Position numbers and translations under genes: made by a program. Shown piece after piece: positions 33,272 to 46,907 of a DNA stretch of 64,000 bases. Numbering within the stretch: the stretch's first letter is position 1; each line of letters begins with the position of its first letter. The notes under the pieces are model-generated. The model was not told where the DNA came from. It saw nothing but the letters and a program-made list of their open reading frames with translations, and did not search any database. Origin of the DNA: Eledone cirrhosa (Eukaryota); NCBI GenBank assembly GCA_964016885.1, contig OZ024740.1:373116001-373180000 (forward strand), given 5' to 3'.

Positions 33272-36200
33272 CTATAGTCTGATGTAGAGTGAAGGCCCAT
33301 TCACACGGGCCATTCTCGCCACTTTCACCCATCTTTCATAGAAACGGCTGGGGTGCAGCACCTCTCTCTCCATCCTGATCCTTCTTCCGAAATGATATCG
33401 GAAGAAACGGACCAGTTGTTGGCCAGAGAGAAAGGTGCCCGACCTCAGTCCTTTCAGACGCGTCCACCATACAACCTCTTTCGCCATGGCTATTACGCAC
33501 AGAAACACCGCCTCTGCTTCATCTTTGAAGGGGGGAGGCGGCTTGATCATTACAATAGACTCGGTGGTCAACCGGATCGGTCCCACCCTTGACAGCAGTT
33601 GTTCGACATAGCCCCACAGATCGGCTACGCCCGAGCAGTGTACTAATGCGTGTGCAACGGTTTCCTCGTCGCACACGCATCTGGGACAGATCTTTTTGGC
33701 GGGGTCCCTACCCGGGCGCCCGTGTCTGTAGAGCCTTTCTCGAACGGGTAAAGCCCCTCGGTAGCACTGCCAGGCCAGGGACTTCTGGAAGTTGTCCATA
33801 GGTCCCGGGCTGAATGTCCTACCGAACAGGCTGGCCAGTTCGTCCTCCTCCATGTCTAGGGCTTCTCCGAGGGCGTCGTCGCACCTGCTGCGCACCAGCC
33901 CTCTATAGAATGTTGCGGTGGAGTCTCCACTGATAACCGGATCCGCCTGCCAGAGGGCGGTGAGCGCCTGGGCACACTCAGTGTGCCAGGCGCCCAGTTT
34001 TCTCGGTCTTTGCTTGACCCAGGATTGCAGCTCGGTGAGTGAGACGAGTCTGGGAAAGGTTCGTCTCACAAACGAGGCCCACACCGGTTGTCCGGTGAGG
34101 AATACGTAGAGGTGCCGTAGCCTTAATGCGTGTTTACGCATCATTAGCCACGGCATCCCCAGCCCTCCTTTCGAAGGGTGTTGACATCAGATGGATCTCC
34201 TCACCATAGGAGCCCGCCTCTTCCAAAGGAATTGGAAGAGCGCGCGCTCCATCTTGGTGAGGGTTTCCCTTGGGCAGGGCACTACGGTCAGGCGGTAGTA
34301 GATGACGGACGCTATGTAGGTGTTCGCCACCTCCGCCCGACCTTTCAGGGATAGTTTGCAACTGGCCCACTTCTGGGTCAGTGCAAACACCCTGTTTGTA
34401 ACCTCCGCCCAGTTTTTCTCCACCTGGAGGTCCGGTCCGAACCAGACCCCGAGCAACTTCACCGGGCCCTCCGTCCAGCGTCCGACGACGCTATCGGAGG
34501 GCATCGGTCTGCCCCTCCACGTGCCGAGTTGCAAACCGATCGACTTGTCCCGGTTCAGCTTAGCCCCTGTGAACATTTCGTACTCCTCCAGTCTGGTGCC
34601 GACCGCCTCGATTTCGGAGGCCGTCGACACCATTACTGTCACGTCATCGGCGTAGGCCGACACCGCTTTCCGCAATCCCGGTTCCAAAGGGATGCCCTGC
34701 AACAACTCCAACTTCCGCAGTAGTGGCTCGAGAGTCAACACATACAGAAGGGAGGAGAGAGGGCACCCTTGTCGAATGGACCGCGCGATTTTGAACGGCT
34801 CCGAGAGGTAGCCGTTCACCTTGACCCTAGAGCAGATGCGGCTGCTGTGCATAGCAGTGATCCAGCCCCTGAAAACGGGTCCGAAGCCTGCCGCCGCTAG
34901 CACCGCATCCAGGTAACCATGGTCGACCCTATCGAACGCCTTAGATTGATCCAAGTTGATCAGAGCCCCACCAAAGCCGGGTTCGTTCCCAACCCTCTCT
35001 ATGATGTATCGCATGAGGTGGAGGTTGTCATGGATGGACCTGGACGGGATAGCGCATGTCTGCGCATCTCCCACCAGGTTGCCCACGACAAGCGCCAACC
35101 TCTTTGCTAGCACCTTGGCCAAAATCTGTAACTCTGTATTTAGCAGTGTTATGGGCCTGAAGTTACTTATTTCGTCCCCTTGTTCTCGTCCTTCCTCACT
35201 AGCGTGACTACGCCCTTGGTCACAGTACAGGGAATTCTCCCGTTCTGTTGCCAGTTGCAGTAGACCGCCTCGAGGAGATCGGGGAACAAGTCCGGCATAG
35301 CTAGATATAATTCGTAAGGAAGACCATCGAGACCCGGGGATTTGCGTTTGCCGCATTGGCTCAGCACGTCCTCTATCTCAGCGGCCGAAGTCGGCTCCTC
35401 GCAGGACTTCGCCTCCCTGTCCGAGAGGCGCGGCAGGCCGTCGAGGTATGGACCGAAGTCCACGTTCCCAACCGGCTCCCGCCCCTCCCGAACAGTCGGG
35501 CAAAGTGCCTTTGAAAGGCCTCACACATCTGCTTAGGCTCAAGAATCGCCCGTCCATCCAGGTCTTGCAAAGACCGGATGGTGGATTTAGTTCCACTGTT
35601 GGCCTCTGTCACGCGGGCCCAGCTAACAGCTTTGGTCCCCTCGTTCCCTAGAGCACGTATTTTAGTTCGGACAACGCAGCCTTCGTGCTTCGCGTCGAAA
35701 AACTGTCTCAAAGCCGTTCTCGACGCTAGCACTCTGGCCACGTCGCCGCTTCTAATTGCCTCTTCTACTCTATCTATTAGCTCCCTTTCCTTCCTATTCC
35801 TATCCGCAGCTAGAACCTTACTAAATTCTATCGAGACTACTCTAATCTCTCTCTTTAGAGATACCCACCACCTGCTGTTGACGATCGCTCCAGTCAACCG
35901 TTCCTTAACTAACGTACTAATCCGATTCCGGTAGGCTCTACTTGCCGGCAAGGACAAGTTGAGCTTCCAGTAACCGGGGCCCTGTTTATGAGTTCTGTCA
36001 AGGTTGACCATGCAGGTCACTAATTTGTGGTCTGAATAGCCAACAATGCGCATTTTTGGACAACTTAAAAAGTCCTTATCCTTAATTCTAACTAAGAACC
36101 TATCTAGGTACGACCAAGATGATGCGCTACGATTTGCCCAAGTCCAGGTTGGCGCAGTCGGAAAATCTAGTCGATATCTATCGGCCAGGTCAAATCGACC

Positions 36201-36707
36201 GATTAACCCTTTGAGGCTATTACACCCCTCTCTATCGGGGCAGGCCCCTACGTAGTCCCAGCGTGCATCTAGGATACCATTCCAGTCCCCCACTAATAGC
36301 AAGGAGCGGGACGTCCCTAGAAAAGTCTCCAGACGATGGAAGAAGTCCGGCCGCATTGACCCGAAAGGGCCGTAGGCGGCTACCAACCTAAACGCTCCGC
36401 CTTTACCACTGCCAAGGTCCAGAACCACTAGTCGACCCTCCGGGTCCAAATGTACCATCTGTGTTGCGAGACCCAGATGTTTTTGCAGCAGAACGACAAC
36501 TCCACCCCCACCTCCGGGCTGACAGAGAGATGCGTGCATCTCAAAGTCATCAAAGGTGGGGGCCAGCTGTCGCACGTTGCTGATCCGGGCCTCGCAAATA
36601 ACCATCACATCTATACGTTGTGACCTGAGGTCATTTAGAAGCATTGCTTGCTTCCAAGTTGAGCCCAGGCCACGCGCATTTAAACAGCCTACTCTTAGCA
36701 TAGCCAT
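33272..36707 (-). CDS. Tx1 ORF2 (APE, RT, CCHC), disrupted by two 1-nt G-run deletions and one in-frame TGA
   Basis: CLNARGL, GDWNG, YLDR, SDHK, KSPGLDG, NFRPITLLN, KAFDRVDH, RQGCPLS, AYADDV, CPRC..ETVAHALVHC. Breaks at about 35468, 35178 and 34187-34189. Confidence 0.92.
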
Positions 36708-36731
36708 GTTGGTGGTGAAGAGAAAAGGCAC

Positions 36732-38517
36732 TTACCTCTCTGCGTCCCGGGTATCGGGCTGCACAATTTCCATTAGGGTGGGGGATGGGTTGTTGGGTGG
36801 GGTGGTGGTTTGTGGAAGTGTGTGGGCATCAGTGTGTTGTGTGGTTGGGGAGCTTGGAGTTGTGAGGGTGTTTGGGGAGGGGGTGGGATAGTTTTTTAGG
36901 AGGACGCGGTTAATGGGCCCGACGCAGGGGGGACCCACGTCCTCTTTAAAATTGTTTTTTAAAGTTTTATAGGTGTCCTGTGGGGCCTTAATCATTTTGA
37001 GGTGGGGGAAATCCCCTGCCTGGGTGAAGTTAGGCCCTTGTGTTTTTATTAGATTGTTGTTGTACACAATGTTTAACAGTTTTTTGTTTCTTGTATTTAT
37101 GTATGTGTATGCATGTTTTTGTTTTTGTGTGGTGTTTTTTGTTTGCTGTTGTGAGCTCTTTTGTGTTGGTGTCAGTGTTATGTTTTGGGGAGGGGTTTTT
37201 TTCATTTGTGTGTCTGAGGTGTGTTTTCTTTTTTTTTCTTTTGATTGTGTGGAAGTGCTCCTCCTCGTCTGACGACGAACTAGGGTCATCTTCCGCGTTG
37301 GAGGGGAGGGGTATATTTTCGGGTTGTGTTTGCGGTACGGGTGTTTTGGAAATTGTTTTTGTTTTTTGAGTGGAGGGGATGGGTTGGACATTGTTTTGTT
37401 TTGGTTTGAGCTGTGGTGGTTGTTTTTGTAGTGGTAGTTGTGGTGATTGTGTTGGTTGTGCAGTTGTTGGTGGTGTAGGCAGGATTGGGGTTTTCTTATT
37501 AAGCTGGGGACAGACAGCCCTCAGGTGACCTCTGGTTCCGCAGAGGTAACACGAGGGCCGTCTACCCTCAACGGTAATGTTGATGAAGGTTAGATCATCC
37601 AGTATGACGCGTTCAGGGATCTGGGCGATCCTTTCGGGCCTCATTTGAACTACAAGTTCGAGGCTCGTTCCACTGAACGCGTCACCCGATGCCTTTCCCA
37701 TGGACACCAGCATGTCATCCTCCAGGTCCAGAAAACCTGTCAAAACCCACCATATGTCCATAATCGGCAGGATGGTGTGGATTTTTATTTTTTGTGTTCT
37801 TCTACCCATGTACGTAGGGTAGAAGGTGTATGCGGTGGATGTGATTGGTTTGATGGACAGTTTCACTGCTGTGTCCCTGTCCTTCATGAGAATGGATAGA
37901 CTCCCGTAGAGTCTATCCTTCTGAATGAAGGTGATGTCCTTCATGACGTCTTTTAAAACCAGCTCTATCTCGCTCTGTGATGGTTGAGCTGGTTTTTTAC
38001 TTTTGTTCGAGATTGTCCTAAACATGACCGTGTTTAGGAGTCTCTGGCTTTTTAGTTCCGGGGGGGAATGGATTGTGAATGAACCATTTTCCCCGTACAC
38101 TATATATTTTTTCGCATCCGCCAGTAGCTCCTTCGCTTTTGTTATATCTACTGGCAGATAGTCGAGGGTTTTCCTTGTCGTCTCGGCGAAGGAGAAATTT
38201 TGTTTGTTTGTGTTGTTGTTGTCGTTGGTGGTGTTGTTGTTATCATTGTTGTTGTTGTCACCGTTATTGGTCTTGTTGTTATTGTTATTGTTATTGGTGT
38301 TGTTTTCGTCCGTCGCATTGTTGTTGTTGTTGCTGTTGCTGCTGGTTCTTTGGGTTGTTGCCATGGCAACGTCAAGTTGTTGGTTAACAGGTGGAGAGAA
38401 TTCTTCCTCTGGCTGACCTATCTTTTTTACCTCTGCTACTGTGACAGTGGCAGGGGGAAGCTGTAAGTTCATCTTCCCCTTTCCTCCTTCGAATTTTGGT
38501 GAAGAAGCTTCGGCCAT
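36732..38517 (-). CDS. Tx1 ORF1 gag-like protein with CCHC zinc knuckle; +1 shift at about 37230
   Basis: CYLCGTRGHLRAVC; Asn-rich N-terminus; C-terminus continues in ORF 36732-37391. Confidence 0.88.
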
Positions 38518-38728
38518 TTAAAAAAATATTGACTTTTCAACAAGAAAAAACTTTTTTTTTAACTATTTCGCCTAAGGGCGTAGAATATTTTGAGAGACTG
38601 ACCAGATCAAAGTTTGACCTGGCAGTCCCTCTACAAAATGGTACAAAAATTAAAGTTATCAGACAAGAATTTCTATAGAAATTTAAACAGAACTTACTCA
38701 GCAAGTTATACGCGTGTGTCCATCCCAG

Positions 38729-38804
<76 letters not shown>
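38729..38804. repeat. (GATA)n
   Basis: Perfect run. Confidence 0.97.
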
Positions 38805-38805
<1 letters not shown>

Positions 38806-39018
38806 TGTTTCTTTTATTTGCCACAAGGGCATCAAAAGTGGGACAAGTACAATGGGGGGAGTTTACAAAACAAGGCGTCCTCAATAGGGAGGAGGCAATA
38901 ACAATATATAAAAATAAAATAAAATATAACAAAAAATAGAATTATAACAAAATCCTCAATAGAGGATTTTGTTATAAAATATAACAAAAAATAAAATTTA
39001 TAACAAAATCCTCAATAG
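38805..39018 (-). mobile_element. Short 3' fragment of the (GATA)n Tx1 family with a rearranged 5' junction
   Basis: Closely matches 33009-33165; followed by (GATA)n. Confidence 0.92.
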
Positions 39019-40639
39019 ATAGATAGATAGATAGATAGATAGATTGATAGATAGGTGCCACGTACGCATTTGCAGCACAAACATGAGTTTTAATATATCT
39101 TCGTCTCGAATTGGACACATATGACACTGATACCTTCCCTATACCTTATATGAATTACTGAGAATATTTGTTCTAATTGTTCTAATTTAGAATGATCACA
39201 TTTTACCCATAAATATAGAAACCTTTGGTCTATACTTATGTAAGTAGTTTCATGTTTGTCCCAAATTTCAAAATGTATGTAATACTGATGTCATAATGAG
39301 AATGCTTAATATAGATTTTTAACTCATCATAACATTAGCATTCAAGTATATATAATTGCTTGCTTATTGAAATGGATATATCTAGATAGGTATCAGGCGA
39401 GGCTAATGAAGTACCACAACCGTATGAAGTGAATGATGATTGAAGGAATGAACTGAGCTTGAATGATCATATCTATTCAGCTCTTCAAGTAGTGGAAGGA
39501 TATAGCAAGAAATTATTTTCGTTGGTATATTTAATGTGTCAGCTAGTCTTCTTAGAATATTATTTCACGCGGATGTCTTTAAGCTAATTCAGTATTTTGA
39601 AAGCATTAAATCAAAGATTACTTCTGACATACCACTGAATATCTTACATGGAAATTGTTATGGCTGAGGTTCTATCTTAAGAGAGAATTTACTGGCCGTA
39701 GCAATAGATATAACATGATATAATTTAAAATGTGTATATGAAGATTATTTTCTGAATGCATTAAATTGGCCCGATCACAAGCAAAGAGAAAAGCATTGGT
39801 AAATATATTCATAAGAAGGAAACAGTAATGGGAAAGTTAGGGTAACGTAAATCTCTTCAAATGGATACTCCTACAAATGTATACGTAAAAAACAATATGT
39901 TTTCAATATGCATTGCAACTATAAATCTATAACGTCTAGTTATGCATTTTGAATATGTTGTATCTGGTTTCTTTATTTGATAGTCTTACCATTTTAATTT
40001 CATGCCTGGCGATTAGATTCAATAGTCGTTTCTTGGCATGGGGTCGACTGACATTTATCTATTCTATCCAATCATTTTCGAATCTATAATTATCAATTCA
40101 CAAATATTTTCATGTTCGTTGTAAACATATTTTAGGCTGGTTGGATATTTTATGAGAAGATAGTGTTCTTCTGATGGAGAATTCTCGATATGCAACAAGC
40201 AATAATTCTTTCATAAATTATAGAAGTAAATATACATAAAATAAGAGGGCAACAATATAACTATTATTCAATGATATATTCTTAAACGAAACATGGATAT
40301 TCTATCTACGTATGCCGACCCCAGGTCAACCCATTGCCTTGCCTCCTCCGTTACGAGTGGAAGCTGCTGATACAATTCTCTGCTAGTGAACATTTCCTCT
40401 AAATATTAACAGTTCTAGTTGCATTGTTATAATTTATGCATCTGTTGCACACAAAGAGAACGGATTCTACTGGTGCAATAAAAAGCGTTTGGGTAAGCCT
40501 CCTGCTAGTCATTGATATGTATATCTTCTTCAACTTGGGGGCGTGGAAACAAAAAAGTACCTTTATTAGCTTACAAAACCTTTCACGACCTTCTGTCCTA
40601 ACAACAAATTATTTGAAATTGTCCACATAGAAAGGAATT

Positions 40640-40975
40640 GTCATTTACTTTTCCAATCCAACAGAAACAACAATACGGGCACCAATATGAAAGAGACACT
40701 GAAGCTGCAGAAAGAACCAATTGGAGAAGAACAATTCCGCCCCCCTCAAAAAAAAAAGTAAACTAAAAAAAAACATCATCCTTCGAAAACAACCGAGGGC
40801 ACATAGAAGAGAGGAAGAGACTCCAAATAAAAGCTAGAGCTTTCCATCCACTGAAACCTCCTACCCTAGTATGCGGTGGCTGAGGGCGTCTCTTCAGATC
40901 CAAAATAGGACTTATGTTGCACAGAAGGAAATGTCGATAAGCACCCCAATACTCGGCAACGTGTTCCGCCAACGA
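40640..40975 (-). mobile_element. Possible 3' fragment of another L1/Tx1-like element
   Basis: GC-richer island with a pyrimidine-rich 3'-UTR-like minus strand; protein similarity weak. Confidence 0.25.
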
Positions 40976-41179
40976 CGATTAATATATACGTTATATATTA
41001 TACAATTTATATTTTTTGCTGTGTATTAACGCTAGATGCAATGGAAATATGCATGAAATGACGAAATGGATAAGAAAAGTAAACATATATGTTTGTATTA
41101 ATAACATTTGTAAACGAAATAATGTTTATTTTCAAATAGCGAGAAAAGCAATGTTTCCATTGCTTTTCTCGCAATGGAC

Positions 41180-41332
41180 ATTCTGCCAAACAGTCACCAC
41201 TCCTGGCAGAATTAGCAGCGTGAAATAAAACTCATGCTCAAATACACAACGCATCACGCGGCTCGGGAATCAAGCTCACAATGTCCCGATTGAGAATCTA
41301 AATTACTGTCCAATAAGCCATGCACCTTCATA
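41180..41332 (-). mobile_element. Degraded tRNA-derived SINE of a different family
   Basis: gggaatcaagctc (B-box complement) and aataagccatgcaccttca (A-box/head complement). Confidence 0.5.
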
Positions 41333-43275
41333 TACGGTTGAAATAATGTTTAAACTGTTAGAAATCCTACAATATTTTTTAATTACATAATCCTTAATAA
41401 AATAGCATATGACACTAGAAGTTACGGTCAATGGTATTTCGTCTATTGAGTGATATCAATAATCGTTATTTCTTTTTTTATGAGAGGATGAGAAATAACT
41501 TGTTGTTGAATGGATCTAAGGAGAAATTAAGTTCAGACAAAGAAACACGGTTAGAAATGTAAAGAGAGATGATTAAATTCCAGTCCATTAGTTAAACATA
41601 TCAGTAAATGCTTTTCGAAGAAAACATGAACTCGTTATTCCGAAGGCAAATTATTGGCATTTAAAACACAAAAGAACTGTTATATCGTATTTATCTTCAG
41701 TAAATTACCTGCGGATACAGACGTGAATGACATACATTATCTATAAGACATCCTGCCTAATGCTGCAAAGATGTAACCTCGGTAGTTTGGTCTTTTCAAT
41801 GGTAAACATTAATTTTATATTCCATATCTATTATTACAAAAGGGTATTTATTAAAAAAGAATCGATCCATAAATATTGGTTTGTATAGAAGTAGGAAAGA
41901 TGTTCCGAAACAAATCCTCGTGATTTCATATATCGGAATAATATATATTCAAAATGGATGAAAAGCATCATCATTAAAAACAATAGAGTTAAGCTGTAAA
42001 TGACAGAAATAGGTGTTTATCACATTCACTGCAATGCTTATATAATACAAAAATCAAAGCACAGTCACACACAAACACACACAAGCACACACTTTCACAC
42101 ACATTGATATAGAATATGACAGAGAGAAAGATTGTGTGTTATTGAATGATTAATGTTATTCGTACTCATGAATAGTGATATGCACTGCGCAATTTACTTG
42201 CATCTCATACATATTTGCACTTCTAATGTAAATCTGGAATCATCCTACTATTCTGCATTTGCAGCTTTTCCCTTCCAACCGATGTTTCCTTTCACTGAAA
42301 CAAAAATATATATCTTTAGAGAAAATGTAACAATTGTGCATTGGGACTCCTACATGAATTTTTTGTACCGCATTTGTTTTCTTTTTCTATCAAATTCTCT
42401 GAACATTTCCGTTTGTTTAATTTCTCTTAATTTCACGTTCTATTTCAGCTTACTTTCCTCTACCTTTCCTGGCCTTAGGAGTTTTTACATTATGAAAACA
42501 AAAGAAGAGATTATAAATATGAAATTTAAAAAAAAGAACACTCCACCATATAATCATCAAATATCAAAATATTTGAATTTTTGTCACGACTATGAAATAT
42601 TAAAAAAACGCAGCACGTATATTGAATAGAGACAAGGATAAGAAAGGAAGCTAAATATGATTAGCAAAATAGTGACTTTCATATATTCTATTTGATCAAA
42701 ATATTGATAGAGTTCATTTTATTTGCTCAATTTGCATAGCCTAGAGTGAAATAGTTTCATGTAAATATGATCTCGATTCAATTAAAAGTAAAACAAATCG
42801 AGGATTTAACTTATCTAATTATACATAATGGAAGAGATAAGTTGCTGTCTGCATGTTCCTGAATTAATATGCGTGATAACATATATCACGTCATTAAACA
42901 TTTGCCGTCTTCAAATAAGTAATTTACTTGAAAAACAGTTAACCATAATACGTATCAGAGTCGAGGTACCCATGGAACCTTTTAAAATTATGCTTTGAAA
43001 ACTACGGCATGTTGTTTTTGTTAGATATCCTTGTGATACGCTGGGTGGTATTTATCCCTGTTCAGAATTCAGGATGAGTTGCAAAAGTAAGTGAAATGCC
43101 ATGTAGGTATCAAGCATGGGCTAATTATCTCACACGAACATATAATGATACGCAAGCAACTGATCATAGTGACTCAATAAGAAACAAATATTTTGCAGTA
43201 TTGTTTACCATATATATGATTATGTAAAATGAGTTCTCACATTATTACATAACCCCCCCCCCCCCAAAAAAAAAC

Positions 43276-43318
<43 letters not shown>

Positions 43319-43447
43319 GGAAGCAGAAAATTGCCTTTTGTGATCCAGTTCGTGGTTAAGAAAGTCAGTTTCATGGATGGTTTCAACGTACGGTTAGCGG
43401 TAACTCCACAAGTTTGTAAGAATTCCATTCAATCTTGGTGTATAAAG

Positions 43448-46141
43448 TATAAAAGAGAAGACACAGGTAAGCATTAGGAGAAGGATTTTATCCAGGTATT
43501 TACGACCGTTTCATTGGTAAGTGCAACCTTATATTGCTATACTGCAAATAGCAGCCACTCAATTATAATTGTTGGTCAGAGTCCAAATTTTCAAAATAGT
43601 GAGTAAGTTACTCTGAAATAATTCTTAATATATAGAGAAAAACATTTATTTGGAATTGTATTTACTAGAATAGAGAAGGGGTGCGGGAATCAGAAGGTGG
43701 GGGGCCAAACGGAATAGTATAGAGAGAGAGAAAGGGGGGGGAGAATTAGGAACTATAGTGACAAACAATTAAGTGGTTTAACAATATAGGTAACAAAGAA
43801 GTATATAAATTTATAAAATTTGACATTAACGACTATTACTCCTCTATATCCCCCAACACCTTGGATAAAGCCTTAGCATTCGCCAAAGCCAATTCTGATA
43901 TAACAGACGTCGAGATAAAAATCATATTAGCTGCTAGGAAAACAATAAGTACATTTGAAAACGCCAATTGGGAACGTAAGGATAGATTAAATAACTTTGA
44001 TATCACGATGGGGGCTAACGACTCGGCTCAAGTCACAGATTTAGTAGGTATTTACATAGCCCATAGTTTACAAAGTGAGTTTAGCGACCTTCACGGTGGA
44101 ATCTACAGGGACGACGCCCTTCTCCTAGTTAAGAACCTAAATAACCAGAGCATAGAAAGACTCCGTAAGAATATTAGAAAGACTCTCGGGAAACTAGGCC
44201 TTAGCATATCGTATGAGTATAGCACTAAAACAGTTAACTTTCTAGACGCGACGCTTAACCTAAATACGACCTTATAAGACCTTTTCACAAGATTAATGGA
44301 AACTTAGCATACATCAACACATCAACTGTAACTCAAACCACCCACTATACATAATTAAATCCATTCCACGCAGCATATCCCTTTGGATCTCCCGCCTCTC
44401 GTCTAACCGACAAATCTTCGAAGAACATACAGAATACTACAATACAGCATTAGACAAGGCAGGCCACTTAGATAGTGTAGAATATATAGATGAAAGCCTC
44501 CGTAAAGCGCACACGAACACGCATAACACAAACTCCAGAAACACACGCACACACGCACTTACGCATAGAACTACAAAGTATACGGTAAATAGAAATACAA
44601 CATCGAAATCAAACAAGTCACGCAGTAGAAAATATATTTGGTATAACCCCATATTTAACACCTCTATTAGTACTAAACTACCCTCTACCTTCTTTTAGAA
44701 TAATAAATAAGCACTTTCCAGATTCACATAGATACAGCAAAATCCTTAATACTAAATCTATTAGACTATCTTACTCCACGGCACCAAATATAGAGGCACA
44801 CATTAACATGCTTAACGCTAAAAAGATACATAACAACACCAGAACACAAATTTATAACAATAACAATACAATCAGCATTGAATACAACAGAATATCTAAT
44901 ACACAACCACCCACTAATATGCAAACAAAACGTAACACACTTGTACAGGCATCGCAGCCCACCAATAATGCCAAAGTTGCCCATGACAAGAATTGTAACT
45001 GCCACCTACTTGAAACCTATCCTTACATAATGAATGTATGCAGTCTAACCTGATTTACCAATGCACAGTGGAATCAGACAACCAGAAATGGTATTACATC
45101 GGAGTGACTGGGAATACATTTAAAGCCCGTGGTATACACTCCGTTACGCAATGAAACATTCCCAGCATCGTTATGTAACTACCCTTGCAAACAAGTCCTG
45201 GCAACTAAGGGAAGTAACCATCAATACACCCTGAAGTGGAAAACATTATCGAAGCGCCCCCATATCGGAGTGGTATGAGAAGCTGTCGATTATGCGACCT
45301 TGAGCTGTTCCACATCTTGAGTTCGAAGAATAAGTTACTCAACAATAAAATCGAAATATCAATTTATTGTAACCATAGACTCAAAGAGAAGTTTTCGCAC
45401 TACACGTGCAAATCGAACCCTTAACCTCTTACTACCAACTGACAAACTGCATATACTTAGACTTTATACCGTCTTATTGCATCTAAACCCTTTTAATTAC
45501 CCACAAAAACAAATACCTATATCCCCCCTTCTCCCTCATTCCTCTATTTCTTCGTGTTCTTCCTTCCTTCCCTCCCCTTTTTGGCTATCTCTTCCTTTCT
45601 TCTTTCTCCCCCTTCTTTGCTTTTATTTTAGTCATTATTATCTTTATCTTTATTTTTTATATATATATATGTATCTCTTTATATATCCCCCCTCTCTCTC
45701 TATCTCTCTATCCATCCCTCCCACTATGATCAATTTAATTCTCTTTCACTCACTACATTCCACGACATGAAGTCTACTTATCAAAACTGATCAAAGAATC
45801 CTTCCACCTCAACCCCTCCCTCCATCTCAGTTTGTCACTCTACTTCCTAACTCTCCCCCTTTCCTCTCTCTCTATACTATTCCGTTTGTCCCCTGACCTT
45901 CTGATTCCTCTCTCTCTATAGTAGTAAATATAATTCCAAATAAATGTTTTTCTCTATATATTAAGAATTATTTCAAGAGTAACTTACTCACTATTTTGAA
46001 AATTTGGACTGTGAACAACAATTATAATTGAGTGGCTGCTATATGCAGTATAGCAATATAGCAATATAAGGTTGCACATACCAATGAAACGGTCGTAAAT
46101 ACCTGGATAAAATCCTTCTCTTAATGCTTACCTGTGTTTTC

Positions 46142-46150
<9 letters not shown>
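43448..46150 (+). mobile_element. Degenerate 5'-truncated Naiad-like Penelope element with inverted pseudo-LTR
   Basis: IKWF..FIKFDI..YYSSI, MGANDSA, IYRDDA, NFLD, CNC, YIG.T, CRLCDLE, LN; 43448-43766 is inverted relative to about 45830-46150. Confidence 0.9.
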
Positions 46151-46188
<38 letters not shown>

Positions 46189-46198
46189 TATATATATA

Positions 46199-46267
<69 letters not shown>

Positions 46268-46907
46268 GTGTGTATATGTACATATGTGTACACCTTCCTA
46301 CGTTGGTCAATTCATGCGTGATACGTTTCTACACCCGTCCCTCACACCATTACATGGAAAATAGATCAATCACTACACCGACATACGCACGGGTGTGCAC
46401 ATACACGCTCAAACATACGCACTCGAACATACGTACACATACTCATGTCCACTTAAAATATACAATGATCATCCCCTTTTCTAAACTTATGTAATATCAA
46501 AGATAACCACTGACCAATATTTCCAAAAAATAACTGACACACATTCTTTCTCACATTTTTCTCCGTTCCTACCTCTTCTCATTCTCATATCATTCTATTT
46601 CATAAATATTCTCATTCTAGCTTCTAATGAAGTACATACATAATAACTTTCTTCCTATCATGTCAAGAGTTAAACTGCATAATTCTTCATTGTAATGTGT
46701 TGTTTGCTTTGATATTTCCGTTTGATTGGTTCAACGGCATATGTAACAAGGAACATTGCCGTTTTATCCAATTCGACATCAACAATTACTACTCCTCCAT
46801 CACTTTACGACTTCTCCTTAGAGCTATCAATTTCGCTAAAACACTCACAGTGGTTAAGGATTTCGAAGTTGTCCCTCGGTTGAGCACTCTACTGACTTAT
46901 ATTCATC

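Larger units (their letters stand above)
33009..38728 (-). mobile_element. Full-length, young Tx1/L1-clade element (copy C) in (GATA)n
   Basis: About 210-nt 5' UTR with hairpin at 38592-38631, ORF1, ORF2, AATAAA, (GATA)n on both flanks. Confidence 0.95.

Noticed and set aside
34187-34189. In-frame TGA at a Cys position of Tx1 ORF2 as selenocysteine
   Set aside because: Copy A has Cys here, one substitution explains it, and no convincing SECIS fold is visible in the 3' UTR.
46005-46105. Hammerhead in the Naiad 1 pseudo-LTR
   Set aside because: GAAACGGTCGTA is present but no intact CUGANGA or stem I could be assigned.
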